Positions 49,956 to 62,400 of a stretch of DNA of 64,000 nt are shown one piece after another. This DNA comes from Macrostomum lignano. Taxonomy: Eukaryota. The first letter of the stretch is position 1, and the number at the start of each line of letters is the position of its first letter. Under the pieces are notes generated by a model. It was not told the DNA's origin. It made no database searches and worked only from the letters and a program-made list of their open reading frames with translations. The DNA lies in the NCBI GenBank assembly GCA_002269645.1, contig NIVC01001994.1, positions 124,001-188,000 of the forward strand. The letters are read 5' to 3'. The translations under genes and the position numbers were made by a program.

Positions 49956-51039
49956 TATACGGCTGGCCTATCCAGCGAGTAACTCATGAAAATGAGTGAC
50001 GCACCAATCAGCCAATGAGAGGCAACCAAGCAACGATTGGCTGCCCTTGTACCCAAATAAGTTGCAGTCTCAATGTCGAGTCGCTGAATTGCTAAAACAA
50101 ACTGTAAAACAAGTTGGCGAACAATTTTTTTTATTATCAATTTCTTTTGATCGGCAAGACAGTCGCTTAAATCCTTTGGTGAGCAATAGCGTTGTTTATA
50201 ATAAAGTTTTAGTTTAATAATTACAAATAGTGTAAATGCACCCTGACATCCTGCTTCTGACACCTTTACGAGTATAACACCTCTGACATCCTCATAGTAG
50301 ATTTCTGACATCCTCATAGTAGATTTCTGACATCCTCATAGTAGAGTTCTGACATCCTCGTAGTAGATTTCTGACATCCTCATAGTAGAGCCCTGACATT
50401 CTAAAGCTAGAGCTCTGACATGCTCATAAAAGCTTATTAATCGACCAAACTCACATCAAAGAAGGCAAGCAAGAAAAAACAGAATATCGCAACTGAAAAG
50501 AGTGCATTAATTTATGCAATACTAACGGCTGAGATTGAGCGGGTGCGCATTCTAGAAAAAGAGAACTGCATCCCCACATTTTGCCATTTTTAATACGAGT
50601 ATCGACTAAGAAGCAAAAGATAATCGATAGGCTAGCTTAGCTTTACCGGGCTCTACTAATAGTCAAACAGACCCACCTGCTTCTAATTCCTTTCTGCCTA
50701 CGCCCACTCAAAGTTAGGTAGAAAAGGAAAGAGTAGGAGGAGCCAAGGATGAAAAAGCAGTCCAACTATACGCTATAAAAACTTCTCGAAAGCTTGTACA
50801 AAATGGCCGGGTGGAGGCCGAAGTTGCGTGACTGGGTAATGGGTGCATGTGGTTGCGCCAGTTCGGGGAACCTTTGAATAGAGATAGAGAATAGAGAAAT
50901 TACTATATACTAATTTTCGTATCGATTTGGATATCTGAATCTGCACTATTAAGCCTTGCTGGCTTCATTACTTCTGCTTGTTGCATCGGATTCACGTCTA
51001 CCTGTAGGTCGCCACATTTGTTTGTTTGATGCTCAGACA

Positions 51040-51088
51040 GGCAGACACTAAGACAGACGGACAGACAGACAGACGGACAGACAGACAG

Positions 51089-51127
<39 letters not shown>

Positions 51128-51144
51128 GGCAGACAGACAGACAG

Positions 51145-51235
<91 letters not shown>

Positions 51236-51255
51236 GACAGACAGACAGACAGACG

Positions 51256-51335
<80 letters not shown>

Positions 51336-51355
51336 GGCAGACAGACAGACAGACG

Positions 51356-51402
<47 letters not shown>

Positions 51403-51406
51403 GGGC

Positions 51407-51438
<32 letters not shown>

Positions 51439-51456
51439 GGACAGACAGACAGACAG

Positions 51457-51503
<47 letters not shown>

Positions 51504-51506
51504 GGC

Positions 51507-51587
<81 letters not shown>

Positions 51588-51640
51588 TACAGACAGACAG
51601 ACAGACAGACATACAGACAGACAGACAGACAGACAGACAG
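51040..51640. repeat. (GACA)n microsatellite
   Basis: Visible. Confidence 0.97.
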
Positions 51641-51770
51641 TCATCAAACAGAAATCTGATAAAAGACAAGCCAAGCTCTTTCTTCCTCGGACCATCCTTC
51701 TCGCTTTAATATTCCGTTTTTGTCTCCTTTTTGAGAAGCAACCTGTGCATGCCAGTATAAGAGTACTTGG

Positions 51771-52301
51771 ATGCAACCGTCTCCACCGATGCCCCAAAAA
51801 ATCCAGCTACCCAAAATTTCCAGCCCCTCTACAGCACGCATGAGGCGACATCGGTCGAGCCAGCTCAAGCGGCTGATCTCTGTCTGCCACTGCCACCTGC
51901 TGCTGCTGCTGCTCCGCACCCCAACAACCGCAGCAAACAAGCCCCTAGAAGCAGCAACCAGCCCGACCCAATCGCCATCGATTAAGCAGTTAAAACTCGA
52001 CGCCGGTAAGACAACGCAAAACTACCAACGGGAAGATTTAGAGGACGATGCTGGTCACAAAGACTTCATCTTTGTTGTCGGGTTCCTCTGCTTAGCCAGC
52101 TTCGGCTTCGTCGCTTTGGTGGCGTTCTGCACTCGCTACGCAGCCTCGAAGTCCGACCGGCAGGCGGAACGCTACATGAGAGACGTGGCCGAGAGACGAA
52201 GAATCAGCGCCGAGGCGACCGCGGCGGCGTCCGTCAACAAGCGCGACGCTCATGCCGTCGCCCTAGTGCCAAGGATCACTGTGGACGCGAGCTCCGTCTG
52301 A
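51771..52301 (+). CDS. Orphan putative single-pass membrane protein (or terminal exon of one)
   Basis: GC-rich open frame; hydrophobic LISVCHCHLLLLLL after Met 51840, transmembrane-like FIFVVGFLCLASFGFVALVAFC followed by basic residues, C-terminal SSV*. No family recognised. Confidence 0.5.
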   Translation: MQPSPPMPQKIQLPKISSPSTARMRRHRSSQLKRLISVCHCHLLLLLLRTPTTAANKPLEAATSPTQSPSIKQLKLDAGKTTQNYQREDLEDDAGHKDFIFVVGFLCLASFGFVALVAFCTRYAASKSDRQAERYMRDVAERRRISAEATAAASVNKRDAHAVALVPRITVDASSV

Positions 52302-52349
52302 GCTCCATACATGTGTACTCGGTTGCACCACTGACAATAAGTTAACTGC

Positions 52350-53340
52350 GTCTCTTGCTTACATGTAATTGTCTGTATGGCATATTGTCTGTCTTACATG
52401 TAATTGTCTGTATGGCATATTGTCTGTCTTACATGTAATTGTCTGTATGGCATATTGTCTGTCTTACATGTAATTGTCTGTATGGCATATTGTCTGTCTT
52501 ACATGTAATTGTCTGTATGGCATATTGTCTGTCTTACATGTAATTGTCGGTATGGCATATTGTCTGTCTTACATGTAATTGTCTGTATGGCATATTGTCT
52601 GTCTTACATGTAATTGTCTGTATGGCATATTGTCTGTCTTACATGTAATTGTCTGTATGGCATATTGTCTGTCTTACATGTAATTGTCTGTATGGCATAT
52701 TGTCTGTCTTACATGTAATTGTCTGTATGGCATATTGTCTGCCTTACATGTAATTGTCTGTATGGCATATTGTCTGTCTTACATGTAATTGTCTGTATGG
52801 CATATTGTCTGTCTTACATGTAATTGTCTGTATGGCATATTGTCTGTCTTACATGTAATTGTCTGTATGGCATATTGTCTGTCTTACATGTAATTGTCTG
52901 TATGGCATATTGTCTGTCTTACATGTAATTGTCTGTATGGCATATTGTCTGCCTTACATGTAATTGTCTGTATGGCATATTGTCTGTCTTACATGTAATA
53001 ATCTGTATGGCAATATGCTATACAGGCAGACTGTATGGCATATTGTCTGCCTTACATGTAATTGTCTGTATGGCATATTGTCTGTCTTACATGTAATTGT
53101 CTGTATGGCATATTGTCTGTCTTACATGTAATTGTCTGTATGGCATATTGTCTGTCTTACATGTAATTGTCTGTATGGCATATTGTCTGTCTTACATGTA
53201 ATTGTCTGTATGGCATATTGTCTGTCTTACATGTAATTGTCGGTATGGCATATTGTCTGTCTTACATGTAATTGTCTGTATGGCATATTGTCTGTCTTAC
53301 ATGTAATTGTCTGTATGGCATATTGTCTGGCCGTCTGTCT
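52350..53340. repeat. 35-bp minisatellite (ACATGTAATTGTCTGTATGGCATATTGTCTGTCTT), about 28 copies
   Basis: Highly homogeneous tandem array. Confidence 0.97.
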
Positions 53341-53754
53341 TACGTGTAATGTCTGTACTTCATAGTGTCTGCCTCTCTGTCTGTCTGTACATGCATTTCT
53401 GCCTGCTTTATTAACGTCTGCATGATCTAGTGTCGCGGTCTGCTTGTGTCTGTACATGTATAGTGTCTAGTGTATCATAGTGTCTGTCTGCCTACCTGTA
53501 CGCGGACAGTACGTGTATCTTAGGAGCTTACCAGTAGATCATAAACAATCTAAATCGTTCAGAGTCGAATTTTATTTTTTTAAATTGCGATATACACGAC
53601 TCGTATATACAGTATTAAATTACATTGGAAGCATGCAAGCAATCCAGTTTACCCAACTAACGCGATTTCGCTACACAATAAATACAAAATTAGCCTGTAT
53701 CATAGGCGTGGACTCAATTCACAGTGCGTCATGAATTGCGTTTGTCGAATTCTA

Positions 53755-54200
53755 GTTGTCTGTCTGCCTGTCTGTCCGTCCGCCTGTCCTGATGTGTCTG
53801 TCTGTCTGTCTGTCTGGCCGTCCGTCTGTCTGTCCGTTCGTCTGTCGGTCTGTCTGTCCGGCTGTCTGTCTGTCTGTCCGCCTGTCCTGCTGTGTCTGTC
53901 TGTCTGTCTGTCTGTCTGTCTGGCCGTCCGTCTGTCTGTCTGTCCGGCTGTCTGTCTGTCTGGCCGGTTGTTTGTCTGTCTGTCTATCTGTCTGTCTGTC
54001 TGTCTATCTGTCTGTCTGTCTATCTGTCTGTCTGTCCGTCCGTCTGTCTGTCCGGCTGTCTGTCTGTCTGTCCGTCCGTCTGTCGGTCTGTCTGTCCGGC
54101 TGTCTGTCTGTCTGTCCGTCTGTCGGTCTGTCTGTCCGGCTGTCTGTCTGTCTGTCCGTCTGTCGGTCTGTCTGTCCGGCTGTCTGTCTGCCTGTCCATG
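53755..54200. repeat. Degenerate (GTCT)n microsatellite
   Basis: Visible. Confidence 0.95.
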
Positions 54201-54294
54201 TGTAACACTGAAGCTACATGAATATAGAAACTGTAAATATGATTTTAAACCGCTAGTGCAAAAATCGTTTCTGCCGAACCGAATAGCAGCAGTT

Positions 54295-54325
<31 letters not shown>

Positions 54326-54744
54326 CACGCACTACAAACCTCTTCCTGCAATGCCTGGATGGAAATGACCCGGATTAACTTACTAGCCCCTAAATCCCTG
54401 TTTTGAGTCTCCCAACTGTGCAAAGCTAGTCCCACTACTTCCTTTGAAGTGGCCGCTTATCTGAGTGAGCTTGGGGTCTGAACTGAACGAACACAAACAA
54501 GCCATCAGAACTGGATTTTAATTCCTAAATATACTTCGCGTCTGCCTACATGATCTGCGGTATCTAAGGTGGTTAGTTAACATCCCATATAGTAGAGTAA
54601 AATAGCCTTTTTTGAAAAGCGACTCCAGCTAGCTAGATAGAGTAGGTTAGCTTAGCTTGCTTATATGTTATTATCATATTAGCTTCCTTAATGTGCCTTT
54701 TCAATCTCAATTCTTTTGATCCTGAAATTATCAATTCAGGAGAG

Positions 54745-54950
54745 AGGACTGGGGGAAGGAATTTTCTATTAGTGTAAATTCAGGACCGAAGAGTGGGGGA
54801 AGGAATTTCTAATAGTGTACATTCAGGACCGAAGAGTGGGGAAGGAATTTCTAATAGTGTACATTCAGGACCGAAGAGTGGGGAAGGAATTTCTAATAGT
54901 GTACATTCAAGACAAGAGGAGTGGGGGAAGGAATTTTCTACTATAGTGTA
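54745..54950. repeat. ~42-bp tandem repeat, about 5 copies
   Basis: GTGGGGAAGGAATTTCTAATAGTGTACATTCAGGACCGAAGA units. Confidence 0.85.
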
Positions 54951-55419
54951 CAATATAAATATGAATAAACAAATCAAATAAAAAACCATTAAGATTGAAA
55001 TGGCCCTAAAAGAACTGTCAGAATTGTGTAAGTTTACAGGCGAGCAAGGCTAATAAAAATTATTATATACTCCTTTCTACACCAATCGTTCCACTTATAT
55101 ATTATAATAACAAAATAAGCGCTACAACTATTGTAAGCATTGCAACATTACAAAAAACCATTTGTCGCATAAATTTTTTTGTTCTTAAACGAAATAATAA
55201 GAAAAAACAACAAGACATTTAAACGCCGTAACAGGAGAGCAATTTGAAAGTAACAGAGTAAATTGTACAAAGCATTCTATGGCTGAAAGATGCACTACCA
55301 GAGGCAGAGTACTCGTACACAAGCAAAGAGATCATCGCGTTTATGAACATTGACAGAATAAAAGAGAATTAGCAAGTGTTATTAAAAAAGTACAGTTTTT
55401 TCATGTAGGAGATTAGATG

Positions 55420-56300
55420 CACACAAGAGATGAGAGAGTAGATGCACACGAGAGATGAGAGAGTGGATGCACACGAGAGATGAGAGAGTAGATTCACACA
55501 AGAGATAATAGAGTAGATGGAGACAGGAGACGAGAGTAGATGGAGATAGGAGATGACAGTAGATGGAGATAGGAGACGAGAGTAGATGGAGATAGGAGAT
55601 GACAGTAGATGGAGATAGGAGATTAGAGTAGATGGAGATAGGAGATTAGAGTAGATGGAGATACGAGACGAGAGTAGATGGAGATAGGAGATGACAGTAG
55701 ATGGAGATAGGAGATGACAGTAGATGGAGATAGGAGATGACAGTAGATGGAGATAGGAGATGAGAATAGATGGAGATAGGAGATGACAGTAGATGGAGAT
55801 AGGAGATGACAGTAGATGGAGATAGGAGATGAGAATAGATGGAGATAGGAGATGACAGTAGATGGAGATAGGAGATTAGAGTAGATGGAGATAGGAGATG
55901 ACAGTAGATGGAGATAGGAGATGACAGTAGATGGAGATAGGAGATGACAGTAGATGGAGATAGGAGATGAGAATAGATGGAGATAGGAGATGACAGTAGA
56001 TGGAGATAGGAGATGACAGTAGATGGAGATAGGAGATGAGAATAGATGGAGATAGGAGATGACAGTAGATGGAGATAGGAGATTAGAGTAGATGGAGATA
56101 GGAGATTAGAGTAGATGGAGATACGAGACGAGAGTAGATGGAGATAGGAGATGACAGTAGATGGAGATAGGAGATGACAGTAGATGGAGATAGGAGATGA
56201 GAATAGATGGAGATAGGAGATGACAGTAGATGGAGATAGGAGATGACAGTAGATGGAGATAGGAGATGAGAATAGATGGAGATAGATGACAGTAGATGGT
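55420..56300. repeat. 23-bp purine-rich minisatellite (AGTAGATGGAGATAGGAGATGAC)
   Basis: Visible. Confidence 0.95.
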
Positions 56301-56879
56301 TAAGCACACATAAGCACAAATTAGGAAGCAGTTTTCAACACGCCAACGCAGGCGAGAATGTCTTGTAAATTTTATACTATGCATCACGCAGTTTAAAGTA
56401 CAAGACGCACTTTGAAAAAAAATTAGTGGCAAAACAAAGCTGTATTCAATATGGTAACAAAACTTTAAACCATGATCCGTGCCGCACTGCACAGCTTCGA
56501 ACTAGCATGCATAGAAGATGTGGAAAGCAGAAACGCAACTATAAAATAGTTTGAATAATTTATTTATATACGATACGACAAATAATTTTGCGTAAACAAC
56601 CTTCTCTAAAACAAAGCATTATTGTATTATTTATAATACAACGGAAACGCAAAACCATAAAAAGCGCATGCACAAATAAAATTGAAAAATATTCTTTTAT
56701 TGGAAAAAAAATTATGTACTCAAAGGGCATTCAATCCTCTCTTTAAGTATTTGAGATAAGGGACACATTAAATCATCGCTTAGGCCTTAAGGTAATACGG
56801 ATGTACGCATTGAAAAACCATTAGATTATTTTATGAGATTTGGAAATGATTACAAATGGACTAGGGAGGAATTAGGAAA

Positions 56880-57770
56880 TGATTATGGAGGGATTCGGAA
56901 GGGATTAAGGAAGGATGCGGAAGGGATTAAGGAAGGATGCGGAAGGGATTAAGGAAGGATTAGGAAGGGATTAAGGAAGGATCAGGAAGGGATTAAGGAA
57001 GGATTAGAAAGGGATTAAGGAGGAATCAGGAAGGGATTAAGGAGGGATTAGAAAGGGATTGAGGAGGGATTAGAAAGGGATTAAGGAGGAATCAGGAAGG
57101 GATTAAGGAGGGATTAGAAAGGGATTAAGGAGGAATCAGGAAGGGATTAAGGAGGGATTAGAAAGGGATTGAGGAGGGATTAGAAAGGGATTAAGGAGGA
57201 ATCAGGAAGGGATTAAGGAGGGATTAGAAAGGGATTAAGGAGGAATCAGGAAGGGATTAAGGAGGGATTAGAAAGGGATTAAGGAGGGATTAGAAAGGGA
57301 TTAAGGAGGGATTAGAAAGGGATTAAGGAGGAATCAGGAAGGGATTAAGGAGGGATTAGAAAGGGATTAAGGAGGAATCAGGAAGGGATTAAGGAGGGAT
57401 TAGAAAGGGATTAAAGAGGGATTCGGAATGGATTAAGGAGGGATTAGAAAGGGATTAAGGAGGAATCAGGAAGGTATTAAGGAGGGATTCGGAAGGGATT
57501 AAGGAGGGATAAGAATAGGATTAAGGAGGGATCAGGAAGGGATTAAGGAGGGATTAGAAAGGGATTAAGGAGGAATCAGGAAGGTATTAAGGAGGGATTC
57601 GGAAGGGATTAAGGAGGGATAAGAATAGGATTAAGGAGGGATCAGGAAGGGATTAAGGAGGGATTAGAAAGGGATTAAGGAGGAATCAGGAAGGGATCAA
57701 GGAGGGATTAGAAAGGGATTAAGGAGGGATTCGGAAAGGATTAAGGAGGGATAAGGAAGATATTCGGGAG
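56880..57770. repeat. 22-bp purine-rich minisatellite (AAGGGATTAAGGAGGGATTAGA)
   Basis: Visible. Confidence 0.95.
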
Positions 57771-58689
57771 ACTACTAAAGAATTAGGAAGCGCTTAAATA
57801 CTCGGTCAGCAAGAAGCAGACTACATGGATGCAAACACAGTTAAAGCAAAACTCATAACCACTAATAACTGCATTATAGCATGCAGTTCATATTAACAAA
57901 CTACACAAAATCGTTTGTTTTTCAACTTTGAAAGCGGTACAGAGATTCGACAGCTAAATTAATTACAACTTTTGGGACAAACCTTTGCAATAATTAAAAC
58001 CGAAACATATTACAGTTTACAGATCAAACATACAGTTTTGGATCTTTTAGTGAAATATTATTAGTGCAATAAAACAACTATTATTACTAAGATATAAGAC
58101 TAGATGGTGCAGTTAAAAAGATATAAGATCAGTAAAGTAAACAGTTATTGCTCAGTAAATCAAGCTTTAATGATTTAATTATAACAAATAGTTAAGAGAT
58201 AAAAGCAGAGGCGTGCATTCAGAATTCTCTTTGCCGTATGTGCCTGTATACAAATCGAAATATCTATTATTGCCTTACTAACAGAAAAAGATTGCCATTA
58301 AAAATGAGGTTGCAAACACACAATATTGCAATTTTAATTAAAAGGAGTTTTACTATAGATATAATTGAGGATCAGGTAGAAAAAAGTGACAAAGAGGTCA
58401 GGAAAAAAGACTCCTGAAAATTCGAAATAAAATATTTGAGATTATTTGTTAATTGTTACAATTTTTAAACCTTGTAAATAAAAAATAATATTAATAAAAT
58501 AATAATTTGGTCATTGCATACGGTTTACACAAGCTAATTAATCTAAGAATCTGCTGATTAAAACTGATCATTCTGTTGTCAAAGATATCCAATTCGACCA
58601 GGAAAGGTCAAACAAAAGAAAAAATCAATTAGCAATCCAATTTTCTACAGTAATTGTTAAAAGAAAACATTGTTGCCATTATTTCGGCT

Positions 58690-59420
58690 TTCTAAGAATT
58701 TTTCCAAGCTTTTTTAAATATTGGCAGATTTTTTTGGAAACTGTTGATGCGTTTCTTAGAAATTTTTACACGGGTTTTTACCTTTGAGCCTCTTTATAAA
58801 ACCGTGTTTGTTTCTTAGAAACAACTTTGGAAACTAACATGAAAATATCCGACGTTTCGTGGAAACTATCGTGGAGGTTGTTTCTTAGAAAATTTGAACC
58901 AGGTTTTATAAACCCTGTAAACTATATCAACATTTCTTGGAAACTAAATCGACATTTCTTAGAAACAATATCAATATTTCTTGGAATCCATATTAACATT
59001 TCTTAGAAACCATATCGACATTTCTTAGAAACTATATCAACATTTCTTAGAAACCATATCGATATTTCTTAGAAACTATATTAACATTTCTTAGAAACTA
59101 TATTTAAATTTATGAGAAAATACATAAAAGTTTCTTAGAAAGCAACATCGATGTATCTTAGAAAGAATATGAACGCATCATGCAAACAACATTGTTTCCT
59201 AGAAACATGTTAAAGTTTCATAGAAATTACTTTCGAATTTCTTAGAAACAAAACTCATGTTTTAAAAACAATTTATTATTATCTTAGAATCGAAACCGGT
59301 GTTTCTAAGAAACGTCTTATCTTAGATCTTTTCCCCAATTTTTTAAAAGAAACACTTTACTAAGTTTCGAAGGCAAAAGGTCAATCAGGCTCTGTTTAAA
59401 TTTAAATTTATCATTCTTAG
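58690..59420. repeat. Degenerate TTTCTTAGAAAC-based repeat array
   Basis: More than a dozen TTCTTAGAA/TTCTTGGAA/TTCTAAGAA cores at ~20-25-bp spacing. Confidence 0.8.
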
Positions 59421-59427
59421 AAAATAT

Positions 59428-62400
59428 CTAAGCCACAGGGTCGGCTCTGGCGTGGCCGCAGCCAACAATCAGCAGCAGGTCGCAGCTGGCCATCGGGTCG
59501 TGCACCGGCCGACGCTCCAGCACCGGGTTGGGCCCGGCAACGCCGACAAATCGATAAACGTGATCGGGGTCATCAAAACTGTGCAACAGATCCGTATCAT
59601 TGTTCGCAGTCTTAGTTAGCTCCGAGTCGAAGCAGCGAGCTTGAAAACCGTGCTTATAAAAGCAGACAACGGCTCGATCTTCTAACGATAGCGCATTCTC
59701 GATTGTGAAGCTGAGAGAGACGGCGCCGCCTAGGGAGCGACCATTCGCCGGGTGGAACAGTCGCGCCTGGTTGCTATGGCAAACCAGCACGCTGGACAGG
59801 TCCAGCTGGGAAACGCAGGTGGTTTCAACCTGTGCGGAGTTGATTTAAGATTCTTAAGATAAGTTGAGCAACCCATTAGATACCTGCCTGATACCCATTA
59901 GATACATGCCTGATACCCATTAGATACCTGCCTGATACCCATTAGATACATGCCTGATACCCATTAGATACCTGCCTGATACCCATTAGATACCTGCCTG
60001 ATACCCATTAGATACCTGCCTGATACCCATTAGATACCTGCCTGATACCCATTAGATACCTGCCTGATACCCATTAGATACCTGCCTGATACCCATTAGA
60101 TACCTGTTTGAGATACCCAGTAGATACCTGTCTGAGATACCTAGTAGATACCTGTCTGAGATACCTAGTAGATACCTGTCTGAGATACCTAGCAGATACC
60201 TGTCTGAGATACCTAGTAGATACCTGTCTGAGATACCTAGTAGATACTTGTCTGAGATACCCATTAGATACCTGTCTAACATACACATAAGACAGCTGTC
60301 CGAGATACCCATCAAACACTGTGATACCCATTAAGTACTCTGTTACTGAGATTACTGTTAAACAACCTAAGATGCCATTAGAATTTAGACACCTGTCTAA
60401 GATACCTAATAAAAACAAGTCCAAGATTCCTTTTAGAATATATTTACCTGACATACCCATTAGTTACCTAGATCTGCAATACCCCATTAGTTCCCCAGAT
60501 TTGAAATACCCTATTAGTTACCTAGATCTGCAATACCAAATTAGTTACCTAGATCTGCAATACCCCATTAGTTCCCCAGATTTGAAATGCCCTATTAGTT
60601 ACCTAGATCTGCAATACCCCATTAGTTACCTAGATCTGAAAATACCCGAATCAGAAACCCAGTTAAAGCTACTCAAACAATTATTACCTCCTCATCCAAG
60701 CCGGCTGGGTCAGCGGGCCACAGCTCAACCAGTCCATCCAGCCGATTCAAGTCTAGCAATCGAAACCGAACGCAGGCCTCGTTGCGGCCCTGCAGCACAC
60801 CGACGCACACGAACGGCAGTTTATAGCCGCTGCGAACAAATAATTCGAATGTCAGCAGAGGCTGAGGCAGATCCGGGCATTGCAGACACTTGTACTCTAG
60901 GAAATTTCGCCGCCCATTGTCCCATTGTAGTAGGAGAACTGAGTCTGGCATTGCGCAGGCCAGCCACCGTTCGGCTGTCTCCGGGTGCTTCCTGGCCGAG
61001 ACTCGCATGCAGCCTTTGGTGCGGGGAATCTTTGCGGACGGCGGGTTGTTGGCTAGGCGCATGGCAACCCGGCCTTTCAGCTGAGGAGTTGAGGATTGGG
61101 AATTGCTTTTGTTTGAGTCTGATTATATTGAGACTCAGGGTGGTCACTCAGAGAATCAGGGTGGTCACTCAGAGACTCAGGCTGGTCACTCAAGAGACTC
61201 AGGGTGGTCACTCAAGAGACTCAGGGTGGTCACTCAGAGACTCAGGGTGGTCACTCAGAGACTCAGGGTGGTCACTCAAGAGACTCAGGGTGGTCACTCA
61301 GAGACTCAGGGTTGTCACTAAAGAGACTCAGGGTGGTCACTCAAGAGACTCAGGCTGGTCACTCAAGAGACTCAGGGTTGTCACTAAAGAGACTCAGGGT
61401 GGTCACTCAAGAGACTCAGGGTTGTCACTAAAGAGACTCAGGCTGGTCACTAAAGAGACTCAGGGTTGTCACTAAAGAGACTCAGGCTGGTCACTAAAGA
61501 GACTCAGGGTGGTCACTCAAGAGACTCAGGGTGGTCACTCAAGATACTCAGGCTGGTCACTAAAGAGACTCAGGGTGGTCACTCAGAGACTCAGGGTTGT
61601 CACTAAAGAGACTCAGGCTGGTCACTCAGAGACTCAGGGTGGTCACTCAAGAGACTCAGGGTGGTCACTCAAGAGACTCAGGGTGGTCACTCAAGAGACT
61701 CAGGGTGGTCACTCAAGAGACTCAGGGTGGTCACTCAAGAAACTCAGAATGGTCACTCAGAGACTCAGGGTGGTCACTAAAGAGACTCAGGGTGGTCACT
61801 CAAGAGACTCAGGCTGGTCACTCAAGAGACTCAGGGTGGTCACTCAAGAGACTCAGGGTGGTCACTCAAGAGACTCAGGGTGGTCACTAAAGAGACTCAG
61901 CCAATAGCTAGCCTTACATTGCAGTAAAGTAGAAACTTTTTATAGGAATAAAAATAGTTTTAAAAATATAAATAAAATCAATCCGAAAATAGATATTTAC
62001 TGTGCTAATAGCATAGAATATCATACATTAGATAACTCACTTCCGTCTAACTCTGAACGGTAAAAAATTCAGTGAAGGCTTAAAAATTCAAATTTTATTG
62101 TTTTCGGAGGTACCTAGAGAAGCAAGAGAGAGAGAGGGGGGGAGAGATATGGTATGTTGGGAAAACTCATAAACAGCAAAGCATTCAGCGCCAATTCTTG
62201 GTCAAAGCTAATATTCGTTTAACATAAAATTCTCCATATGGAAAGAATTACAGACTGTTATAATCGTAGTGGTTTCTCTGGAGTTTCTGTTAGTGACCCA
62301 TGAGCCTCTGAGTGACTCACTGAGCCTATGAGTGACTCACTGAGCCTCTTAGTGACTCACTGAGCCTCTGGGTGACTCACTGAGCCTCTTAGTGACCCAT

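Noticed and set aside
60321-61475. 384-aa plus-strand ORF
   Set aside because: Consists of repeat translation plus the antisense of a MAP4K exon.
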